This document shows, piece after piece, positions 56,048 through 64,000 of a DNA stretch of 64,000 nucleotides (position 1 is its first letter; each line of letters starts with the position of its first letter). The stretch spans positions 677,741 through 741,740 of the forward strand of contig CAWFUN010000007.1 in assembly GCA_963819015.1 (NCBI GenBank). The letters run 5' to 3'. A program made the translations under genes and the position numbers. The notes under the pieces were generated by a model. That model was not told where the DNA came from. It ran no database searches and saw nothing but the letters and a program-made list of their open reading frames with translations. Source of the stretch: Terriglobia bacterium. Lineage in GTDB: Bacteria; Acidobacteriota; Terriglobia; Acidiferrales; UBA7541.

Positions 56048-57537
56048 GCTCTTGTTGCTGCCTTCTGCGGAACTTCTTCAGCGATCTTGCCCGCAATCCC
56101 GGTCTTACCGCCAATGAACTCCCGCCACAGGATGAACAGGCTCGGGACGCCCGCGGCGAATGCAAGAGCGAGAGCGACGGGAGTGCGAAAAGCGGCAAAT
56201 CGCGTGGAGGGCAAAATGCGAATGATGAGCGCGGCGGTTACGGCACCGAGCATCATCAGCTTGTTGCTTCTCGTCCAAACCAGCGGGATTTCGCGGCGAA
56301 TGGTCACCCAGACTACGACGTAGTATACGGCGTAGGCCGCCAGAAAACTGACTCCGAGGCCCGTCATGCCGAACCAACGGACTCCAAGCCAGGTTGTGGC
56401 CAGCATGGCAGCGCCACCCATCGATTCGGTGAGGAAGTACACGGAACTGCTGCACCGCGCGAGGATGGCAAACGACATCGTCCAACTTGAGAACTTAAAG
56501 AGATCCCCAATGAGCTGCCATTCGAGAATATCCACGGCCGGCGTGAATTTGTGCGAGTAGACGATCGGGATCAGTATGGGGACAAGCGCCAGCATTCCCA
56601 GGATGATCGGCACGGCGATGAGCATGACCAATCGGTGTTGCTCGTTAATGAGCTTCACCATCGCTTCGGGCTGGTGAGACACCGCAGAAACCCGCGGATA
56701 GTAGTCCTGACCCATCGCTGTCACCAAGAATCCCAAGTAGCCCACCGAAATAGCGGCGGCCGCTTTGTAGTAGCCAACACTCGCTGGATTGAGCAAATGC
56801 ACAACGACCATCGGAAGCGCCAACTGGACTCCCGTGCCCACCATCGTACTGAGAGTGAACGGCCCTCCGAATCGTGCCAGCGCCACTGCTGATTGGAGGG
56901 CTTCTTTGCGAGTCGGCCGAATTCGAGTCGGCTTGACTTCGCGGAGGAGGAAGTATCGAGACGAAAGCCAGTTGACCGCACCACTAGCAATCACGGCAGG
57001 AACAATGCCATGAGTGCGCCAGATCAGGACCGCACCTATCGTACACAGGCCGCTTCCGAGCGTGTTCACAACCGCATACTTCGCCAACGCCCCGACGCGG
57101 TGGTGAGCATTGAGTGTGCCGACTTGAATGTTTCCCGCGACCGTGAAAAGCAGAGCGAATCCCATGAGGACGATCGTCCAGCCATGATCGGGGCTGCCAA
57201 GCGCCCAGCGGCTGAGCGTCCCTCGGAGCACGGTGATTATCGTGAGTGTCAAACTCCCCAACCCAACGAACAACAGCCAAGCTCCGCTATCTAGACTCGC
57301 CAGCGCCGCCTCATCATTTTGCGTGGCCGCGCGCGCCCCCAGCCGGACCAAACCAGTCGACATTCCCAACCCGGCGAACAGGGTTGTGACCCCAACGAAA
57401 CTCTGAAGCAGGCCGTAGTAGCCGTAGCCGGCCGGCTGCAGGAACAAGGCGAGGACCTTGGCCGACACAATCCCCAAGAGAATGCTGATGATCGAACTGC
57501 CGCTTAGAATGGCGGTAGCGCGAAAAATGGATTTCAT
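56044..57537 (-). CDS. oligosaccharide flippase (Wzx-like, MOP superfamily polysaccharide biosynthesis protein)
   Basis: 497 aa, ~12-14 TM segments; N-terminus SGSSIISILLGIVSAKVLALFL typical of Wzx/RfbX. Confidence 0.85.
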   Translation of the reverse strand: MKSIFRATAILSGSSIISILLGIVSAKVLALFLQPAGYGYYGLLQSFVGVTTLFAGLGMSTGLVRLGARAATQNDEAALASLDSGAWLLFVGLGSLTLTIITVLRGTLSRWALGSPDHGWTIVLMGFALLFTVAGNIQVGTLNAHHRVGALAKYAVVNTLGSGLCTIGAVLIWRTHGIVPAVIASGAVNWLSSRYFLLREVKPTRIRPTRKEALQSAVALARFGGPFTLSTMVGTGVQLALPMVVVHLLNPASVGYYKAAAAISVGYLGFLVTAMGQDYYPRVSAVSHQPEAMVKLINEQHRLVMLIAVPIILGMLALVPILIPIVYSHKFTPAVDILEWQLIGDLFKFSSWTMSFAILARCSSSVYFLTESMGGAAMLATTWLGVRWFGMTGLGVSFLAAYAVYYVVVWVTIRREIPLVWTRSNKLMMLGAVTAALIIRILPSTRFAAFRTPVALALAFAAGVPSLFILWREFIGGKTGIAGKIAEEVPQKAATRA

Positions 57538-57990
57538 CGGGAGTACTCGCGAATCGTCGAAATGTCCTTCTCAACTTGGAATAGACCAAGCTGCGAAACG
57601 ACCGGCAGACCGAGGACGTCAAGGCGGCTTGCTTCACAAATCGGGAGATAACACTGCTTCATATTCGACCCTTGGAATGCCTTTCGCAGGCGCGGCGGTG
57701 CGGGATATCGGCCCAGAGTCCTAATGCGGCGCTCCTCATCATGCAGACACGGCGAGTCCGGCTGCTGACTGCGGACAACAAACAGATGAAAGGCCAGCTC
57801 AGCCCAGCTTGGGGCAAAAGGAAGCACGAGACCAAGAATATTTAGATCTTTCGTATCCTGAGCGGCAACTTCGCGACACTGTTGTTGATGCGGCGACTGT
57901 GGTAGCCCGCCCCGAATCGGAAAGCCTGAACCCGAGGGGCGTGGGCCAACAGACGAAAATTTGGACCCGCGAATCCTGGGGACTAACTGC

Positions 57991-59031
57991 TCAGGAACTC
58001 TTTTCGTGCCGCCAGCTCACCCGATCGGGTCGCCCGCCAGAGACACTATGATCGCGGATCGAAAGAACTTTTTTCGCAAGAGCGGGAGAAATTCGAGCCA
58101 GAAGCCATTTGAATGCAATATTCGCGGTGAGGTCGTATCCCGCGGCCGCAGACAGGGCCTCTCGCGCCTTAGGGTAATCTCCGCTCGCCAAATAAAAGTT
58201 CGACCAGGAGCTGTGGATTGACCTGAGATTCTTGCGAATGGTTGCACGAACATCAGCCTCCAGACCTTGGCCGAGGCTTAGTTGCTTCTCAAAGCGGTAT
58301 TGATCCGCTTTGAGACAAAACTCCACTTTATGCCAGTTTTCCGATTCCCCGGTATGACGGATATCCGCGGGAGAACGGTCGATCAGCACCATCGGCATGC
58401 TGACGTAGCAAAACTTGGTTTTGAGCGCCATTCGAAACAAGAAATCGTGGTCCTCACTGTAACGAAGTTTCGGATCGAATCCCCCAATTGCGCGGATCAA
58501 GTCAGCGCGCACAAGACAGGTTTGAACCCACGCCGGGTGTTGATTGCTGGCTATGAGTCTGGCCGGATCATCGATGATTCCAAGTGGGCCGTCATAGTGC
58601 TTCTTGAAAAATTCAAAAAGATTGAGCTTCATGTGCGGATTGTTCATGAACCACGCATCGGTGAAACACACGCCGCACTGGTCCTTGAACTTCTCGATGG
58701 CACGGAACTGCCATTCCAGCTTCCCGGGCAACCAGAGATCGTCATTGGCATTGAACGCAATCCAGTCGCCTTTGGCCCTCGCTAATGCGTTATTTAGAGC
58801 CGCGCTCTGACCTTGGTTTTCCTGGCGGACAAATACGACCCGATCCTTCCAGGCGGGTGTTTCATTTACGAGCCGCCGCACTTCCCCCTCGACATCCTCG
58901 GTCGAACCGTCATCCACGAGGATCAGCTCCAATACCGGGAGTGTTTGCCAAAAGACACTCTCGACCGCGTGGCGAATGATTTCGGGACGATTGTAGATAG
59001 GAATGATTGCTGAAACGCTGGGGCTCATTTG
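57991..59031 (-). CDS. glycosyltransferase family 2
   Basis: Start at MSPSVSAIIPIYNRPEII; LILVDDGSTED (DxD) and QSAALNNAL motifs of the GT2 family. Confidence 0.85.
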   Translation of the reverse strand, partial: QMSPSVSAIIPIYNRPEIIRHAVESVFWQTLPVLELILVDDGSTEDVEGEVRRLVNETPAWKDRVVFVRQENQGQSAALNNALARAKGDWIAFNANDDLWLPGKLEWQFRAIEKFKDQCGVCFTDAWFMNNPHMKLNLFEFFKKHYDGPLGIIDDPARLIASNQHPAWVQTCLVRADLIRAIGGFDPKLRYSEDHDFLFRMALKTKFCYVSMPMVLIDRSPADIRHTGESENWHKVEFCLKADQYRFEKQLSLGQGLEADVRATIRKNLRSIHSSWSNFYLASGDYPKAREALSAAAGYDLTANIAFKWLLARISPALAKKVLSIRDHSVSGGRPDRVSWRHEKSS

Positions 59032-59219
59032 AGTTGTCTCGCAAAGAATTCTATCCCGTCCGCTCGAACCGACCGGCATGTCGTTCTCGATCGTGTGATT
59101 AGCTCAGCACTCCCGGGCTCGGACGATGAGATCCGACGTGTCTTGCAGAGTGATTCGATCCGGCGGCTGAACAGGGCCGGACAGGCTACCGCCACAAAGG
59201 CGATGTGTTAAGCTCTTGA

Positions 59220-59235
59220 TGGCAATTAGCATGCC
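59220..59235 (+). promoter_or_regulatory. candidate sigma54 promoter in the 650-nt intergenic region upstream of the beta-helix gene
   Basis: TGGCAAttagcATGCc, with GG at 59221-59222 and GC at 59233-59234 (12-nt offset). Confidence 0.25.
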
Positions 59236-59685
59236 ACATCTCGCTTGTTGACATGGGGAGCTCGTCGGAAGACACCTTCTAAGTCATTGAGAATGCTGGG
59301 TTAAAGAATGATATTCTTCGGAGAGCCATAGTACTTGGCGCCTCTTCCAGGAGGGGAACACGCCACTATCGAAAGGGTTTGCGCAAATGTAGCAAGAGAA
59401 TTCCAGCCTTGAGGGCCAGTTTCGATATAAACAGACCGGGTGGAAGAGAGAGAGGCTCGCCTTCCCCCGTGCGCTCCAAGGAACCCCAGCGGGGTATGCA
59501 TCCCGGCTGGCGATGAGGATACCGGCGCGCGGAGGGCCTTGATGGGTACATGTACAGCAGCTGTCCCTACGACCAGTAGCATTCGATTAGGGCCTGTAAT
59601 AGTTTTAGACAGGAAAGCTACATGGGAGTAGAAATCCAAGAGTTGGCCTCCCGTCGTTTGTGACTTTGAAAGAGAAGGAGTGCAA

Positions 59686-61290
59686 ATGTACTTTAAACCT
59701 CGACAGATCGTTCGATTGGTCATCCTGATCACTGCCATCCTCTTGGCTCCCCGATATCTTCAGGCGGCGTCCGGATGCGACGGGAACGGCAACTGCTATA
59801 TCCACGCTTCGGCCACCGGTTCGGGTAACGGCTCAAGCTGGACGAACGCGTACACGGGATTCGGAAGCGGCTCAGGAAAGGTGAATCCCGCGAGCATGAC
59901 GCGCGGAGTGACCTACTGGATCGCCGCTGGGAACTACGGGGCTGTCTCGTTCAATACGCCCGATAGCGGCACTTCGCTTATCACGATCGAGGCTGCGACT
60001 GCCACAAGTCATGGGCCGGCGAGCGACTGGAGCAACAGCTTCGCAGGACAGGCCTTGTTTGGACAAAGCTCTGCATCGACAGATTACTGGACATTCAACG
60101 GCCAATCGCGCGGAGCGGACTGGCAATCGGGTTACAACATCAAGTTCTGGAACCAGACCAACGGCGGTGGGGAGGCCTTCTATATCGGTGGAAACAGCAA
60201 CATAAGTTTCATTTACGTCGAGATGGAAGGCACGGGCGCGGGCTTCCCGAACAATAACAGCACCGCTGATAAGTGCAACTCGGACAATTGCGGCGTCTGG
60301 GCCGACTACGCCCTCTTTGAAGGCAGTCCGGTCTCCAACCTATACGTCGGGTACGGTTACTACCACCATACTGGCAACACCCAGTTTCAGATGAATGACA
60401 CCGGATCCGGGGGGTCGATCAACAACAATGTGACGTGGGAATACAACTGGGTTTCCTACAACCACACAGGCCAGAACGGGCAGCACGACGAAGCCTTCTC
60501 TCTTCTTGCGAACAATGTGACTGTCCGCTACAACGTTTTTCAGGACATCTCGGGGTCCGGGTTGATTTGCGATGCGAGTGCGGCGAATCCGGCGATGTCG
60601 AATTGGTTCGTCTACGGAAATCTCTTCTTTAATGACGCCGCATATCTCGCTTTGGGGCAAACCTATTGGCTGAACACGATGGACAATGGAATCCTGGCTC
60701 TGGGCGATGGCAACGGTTCCGCCGAAAATCTGACGGGCACGTTCCTGTTCTCCAACAACACGATTGCTAATTTCGACCCGCCTGGGGTCTCTGGATACAA
60801 CGTCTACAGCACGCTGCCCATATCGGGAGTTCCGGGAGGCATCAAGGGCACCGCAAATGTGATCATCGAGAACAACCTGTGGTATGCCTCCGCTTATGTC
60901 TATGGCAATTACAATCCCATCTGTAACCTGTTGAGCGGCACCTGCACGGAGGACTACAACACTTCCTATCAAGGCGATAGCGCGATTTCCGGGGGAAACT
61001 GGCAAACCCAATCTTCGCCGGCATCGCACGACGTCAATGTAAGCGGCACGGCTAGTCCCTTTGCCACTTCACAGCCAGCGGTCACCATCGCGGGCTACCA
61101 GCTCGCACTGCCGGACCCGTTCACCAGCCACGCTGGAGCATCGCTTGGTTCTCCCTATAATGTTGACCTGCTGGGAACTACTCGCGGAGCGAATGGAGTA
61201 TGGGACCGGGGAGCACTTCAACTTGGGTCTACTTCCTCGTCGCAACCACCGGCTCCGCCCACCGCCGTGGCGGTGACTGCGGTTCAATGA
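59686..61290 (+). CDS. secreted right-handed parallel beta-helix (pectate-lyase-fold) protein; candidate polysaccharide lyase/hydrolase
   Basis: ATG 5 nt after AAGGAG; signal peptide MYFKPRQIVRLVILITAILLAPRYLQAASG; many N-x-[ST]/NN repeats (NNVTWEYNWVSYNHTG, NNVTVRYNVFQDISGSG) typical of beta-helix coils. Confidence 0.7.
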   Translation: MYFKPRQIVRLVILITAILLAPRYLQAASGCDGNGNCYIHASATGSGNGSSWTNAYTGFGSGSGKVNPASMTRGVTYWIAAGNYGAVSFNTPDSGTSLITIEAATATSHGPASDWSNSFAGQALFGQSSASTDYWTFNGQSRGADWQSGYNIKFWNQTNGGGEAFYIGGNSNISFIYVEMEGTGAGFPNNNSTADKCNSDNCGVWADYALFEGSPVSNLYVGYGYYHHTGNTQFQMNDTGSGGSINNNVTWEYNWVSYNHTGQNGQHDEAFSLLANNVTVRYNVFQDISGSGLICDASAANPAMSNWFVYGNLFFNDAAYLALGQTYWLNTMDNGILALGDGNGSAENLTGTFLFSNNTIANFDPPGVSGYNVYSTLPISGVPGGIKGTANVIIENNLWYASAYVYGNYNPICNLLSGTCTEDYNTSYQGDSAISGGNWQTQSSPASHDVNVSGTASPFATSQPAVTIAGYQLALPDPFTSHAGASLGSPYNVDLLGTTRGANGVWDRGALQLGSTSSSQPPAPPTAVAVTAVQ

Positions 61291-62659
61291 CGGCAAGCGG
61301 GGAACTCACCCGCTTGCTGCAGGCTGGATAGATCATTGCGAGCGCGATGATGATCCACAGCAGATAAGCCTGTTGGCCCCAGTTGAAAAGCTCAACGCTC
61401 GTCATTAAGAAACCGAATGCTGCCAGGTTAGCGAAGAAGACCACGCAGAGCGAATTCTCCGGCTTCGGCATGCTGAAGAAGTTGCGTAGAGTGACGAGAC
61501 CCGCCTTCAGCAGAAGCGCGGCCACCAGGAAAAAGCCGACATAACCCGTATCCATCATCAGCTCCACCACCGCGCTGTCGCAACTCTCAACCTTCACCAT
61601 GTGCATCTCGCCGTCTACCATGAAAGGCGCCGTCAAACCCAGAAAATAAAAAGACTCCGGCCCGTATCCCCAGAGGCTGCGGCCGACGCTCTTCGATAAT
61701 TCTTTCTTGGAGATGTCATATAACAAGTATCTCCACTCATAAGACTGCCCCTGGACAGTGGTGGGATTTATGGTCTCTCCATAGAGATCCGCGATCGTAT
61801 TCCATACGCCGGGTCTTGCCACCAGAACTATGACAGCGAGGGTCACAATCAGGATCAGGTACTTACGCATCTGGCCCCGGCCCAAAACGAGGAGGATTGC
61901 CAAGGAAAGCGCTAATGCCATCCAGGGGCCGCGGCTGCCCGTCTTGTAAATGTTCACAAACATGAGCAGGATCGCCGCCCAAAGGAAGAACTTTCGCCAC
62001 TTACTCTCGGTGACCGTCAAGAGATACAGCGCCAACGGGATCGCCATTGCGAGCGCGGCCCCGAACAAGATGGCGTGGCCGAACGTCGATTGGACCCGAA
62101 TGCCGCGATCCGAAGCTACGCCCGCAATGCCCGAAAAGCGTGACGCAAGCGCTGGAAAAAGCGAGAGGACGCTCCACCCCTGATAGGCTTCGAAGAAGCC
62201 GAAAATGGAGCACAGAAACGTTCCCGAAACAAAGGCAAAGAGAATCTCGCGGACTGTCTCCACCTTGGACACTGTCTTGGCGTAAATGTAGTAAGGCACA
62301 AAAAAATCAAAAACCTGCGACAGGGTAGATTTGATGCTGACGCTCGGCACGACCGAATTCACGGAAGAAAGCAACATCCAGCCGATGATGAGGAGTATCA
62401 AATACCTCAGAGGGAGCGGCTTATCAGGTTCGGTTTCCCGCTGGCGCCGTCCGTAGGAAAAATACAGCACTATCAACGCAGCTACGACGATCCTTTGCGT
62501 CGTGAAATCGAACAGGCCGGGCAGTTGGATTTGCGATTCGTTCGGAAACAAGATCAGCAGGAATGCCGCCAGGGGTAACGCGCCCTCAAAACCCCTCTTC
62601 AGCACCACGACGCAGAGAGATCCCACGGCGAGAATATCGAGCAACAGAATGAGCATCAT
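61229..62659 (-). CDS. O-antigen ligase / Wzy-like polymerase family membrane protein
   Basis: 476 aa, ~11 TM segments; the periplasmic loop motif YKTGSRGPWMALALSLAILL is typical of Wzy_C (PF04932). Confidence 0.8.
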   Translation of the reverse strand: MMLILLLDILAVGSLCVVVLKRGFEGALPLAAFLLILFPNESQIQLPGLFDFTTQRIVVAALIVLYFSYGRRQRETEPDKPLPLRYLILLIIGWMLLSSVNSVVPSVSIKSTLSQVFDFFVPYYIYAKTVSKVETVREILFAFVSGTFLCSIFGFFEAYQGWSVLSLFPALASRFSGIAGVASDRGIRVQSTFGHAILFGAALAMAIPLALYLLTVTESKWRKFFLWAAILLMFVNIYKTGSRGPWMALALSLAILLVLGRGQMRKYLILIVTLAVIVLVARPGVWNTIADLYGETINPTTVQGQSYEWRYLLYDISKKELSKSVGRSLWGYGPESFYFLGLTAPFMVDGEMHMVKVESCDSAVVELMMDTGYVGFFLVAALLLKAGLVTLRNFFSMPKPENSLCVVFFANLAAFGFLMTSVELFNWGQQAYLLWIIIALAMIYPACSKRVSSPLAVIEPQSPPRRWAEPVVATRK

Positions 62660-63609
62660 CTATCGGCCAACCTGTCGAGCGGGTCGTGAACGCGCGGCTT
62701 CGCTGGTACGGCGGCTTGAGTGGTGTGATTTCTCTGAGCCGGCGGGAGCGCACGGAACAACGTCATTCTGCCCCACTGCTGTTCGCGGCGTGCCCTGGCA
62801 AACGCGGAGTCCTGGATGCGTTGCATCCGATTGATATAGCAAGCAAGGAAGCCCAAGAGGTAGGACACAGGTCTTAAGAGTGAGAGCTCCGTGAAGGCGG
62901 TCTTGACGGCCTTAGCCAGCACAAATAAGGGAGCGCTCCACGTCAAGTATTCGGCCTTTCCACGTTCCCAGTAGACGCGGCCCGCGTGGATCCCTTCGCC
63001 GGTAGGGCGGCGATGAATGACTCCGTACTCGAAGAAACTCCTTGTCTTCCACCCCTTCGTCCAGGCAGACACTTCGTCAATCGTGTCCCAGCCAATGCGA
63101 GCCGTGATTCCGCCGATCTGTTCAAAGCATTCGCGGCGATACATCTTGAGAGCGCCGCGGACATGATATTCGGGCGCTTTCTCGAATTCCAAGCTGCCCT
63201 TCCGCTGAACGTACAGACCGCCGCCCGCGATGCCGAGCTGCGGGTCCCGCTCAAATTCTCCGAGGATCTGTTCGATGTAGTTCGACTCGAAGAGCAGGTC
63301 GGCGTCAAAACGCGCCAAGTATTCATAGTCCGCGAGCGTCAGCCGGTGCAGCGCGTGAGCGATCGCGCCTTCACCGCCCGGCGCTCTTTGCTCACGGCGC
63401 GGCAACTCGAGGATTTCCAGAGATGGAGTACGGCTGGCGTAAGAGCGGATGATCTCGACGGTCTTGTCAGCGGAGCCGTCGTCCACAATGATCCACTTCG
63501 TGGGCGGCAGAGTCTGGGCCGAAATCGATTCAATCAACTCCGCGATGAACTTCTCCTCATCGCGCACCGGCATGATGAGTGCGTACCGTGGATGTTTCAA
63601 GTCGCTCAT
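62656..63609 (-). CDS. glycosyltransferase family 2
   Basis: Start at MSDLKHPRYALIMPVRDEE; WIIVDDGSADKT (DxD) and a GT2 core. The track ORF extends 21 codons upstream. Confidence 0.8.
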   Translation of the reverse strand: MSDLKHPRYALIMPVRDEEKFIAELIESISAQTLPPTKWIIVDDGSADKTVEIIRSYASRTPSLEILELPRREQRAPGGEGAIAHALHRLTLADYEYLARFDADLLFESNYIEQILGEFERDPQLGIAGGGLYVQRKGSLEFEKAPEYHVRGALKMYRRECFEQIGGITARIGWDTIDEVSAWTKGWKTRSFFEYGVIHRRPTGEGIHAGRVYWERGKAEYLTWSAPLFVLAKAVKTAFTELSLLRPVSYLLGFLACYINRMQRIQDSAFARARREQQWGRMTLFRALPPAQRNHTTQAAVPAKPRVHDPLDRLADR

Positions 63610-63631
63610 GGTTTCGCTGAAAGGAGCTATC

Positions 63632-64000
63632 CTACCTGGCCTCCACTCGAACCTGCCGGGCTTCCAGTCCAATGGCCCAGCGAAAGATTCGCGACCATTT
63701 CTTCAGAACACTCGCGGGCCTCTTGTTTCCAAAGCCGGCTTTTCCGAACGGAACCAAGCACAGAGCCAATCCTACGCGAATGGCGGCAATGCAAGCCATC
63801 GCAACCCGATAGGTTGCGGAATAGACACGCCCATGGGCTTGGCGAAAGAACTGGGCCAATGATTCCCGCTGCCAAAGATCCGCAAAATTGTCCTCTTGCT
63901 TTTCGGAACTTTTCTCCCCATGGTGAGTGACCGCGCAGTCGTTCAGATGAATCGAGTGGTAGCCCGCTCTTTTGATCTTATAGCTGAGATCGAGATCATC
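63632..64000 (-). CDS. glycosyltransferase family 2, C-terminal part (5' end beyond the window)
   Basis: Reverse frame open from the window edge to TAG at 63632: DDLDLSYKIKRAGYHSIHLNDCAVTHHGEKSSEKQ..., a typical GT2 C-terminal region. Confidence 0.6.
   Translation of the reverse strand, partial: DDLDLSYKIKRAGYHSIHLNDCAVTHHGEKSSEKQEDNFADLWQRESLAQFFRQAHGRVYSATYRVAMACIAAIRVGLALCLVPFGKAGFGNKRPASVLKKWSRIFRWAIGLEARQVRVEAR

Noticed and set aside
60340-61029. 229-aa minus-strand ORF
   Set aside because: Antisense to the beta-helix gene.
62986-63930. 314-aa plus-strand ORF
   Set aside because: Antisense to the two GT2 genes.

Overview
High-GC (~65%) bacterial chromosomal window. The gene content (giant Ig-like lipoprotein adhesins, DUF3108, PEP-CTERM-style EPS enzymes) suggests an Acidobacteriota-like soil bacterium, but that is inference only. 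Left to right: gpmI (partial), a DUF4870 membrane protein, eno, glgC, rpsU plus a zinc-ribbon gene; a purine-catabolism cluster (uricase, HIU hydrolase, allantoinase, guanine deaminase) that carries an in-frame 3' remnant of OHCU decarboxylase directly after the allantoinase stop; an aldo/keto reductase, DoxX, cydAB, tRNA-Met(CAT); two convergent paralogous multi-Ig-domain lipoproteins; an MFS transporter; a low-GC ~6.5 kb Type I R-M island (hsdR-hsdM-hsdS) in which every gene is interrupted by 1-nt frameshifts. The island also carries a translationally coupled extra ORF that duplicates the hsdS 3' end, and is flanked by 58-bp tandem repeats and AT-rich iterons. Further right: an ICMT-family methyltransferase, an MBL-hydrolase::PilZ fusion, a CDF transporter, flotillin, RecQ, a compact Type II R-M pair (PD-ExK REase + SPPY beta-class MTase), STAS, DUF1015, HAD, DUF3108. 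The last ~23 kb is an exopolysaccharide locus (gmhA, NDP-sugar dehydrogenase, acyltransferase-3, a large secreted protein, polysaccharide deacetylase, FemAB-like, pyruvyl transferase, GTs, Wzx, Wzy-like, beta-helix protein) interleaved with three PilZ proteins, an atypical LuxR regulator, a CBS protein and a PspF-like sigma54 activator. No CRISPR array, integrase or transposase was recognised. Several structured intergenic repeats are noted.
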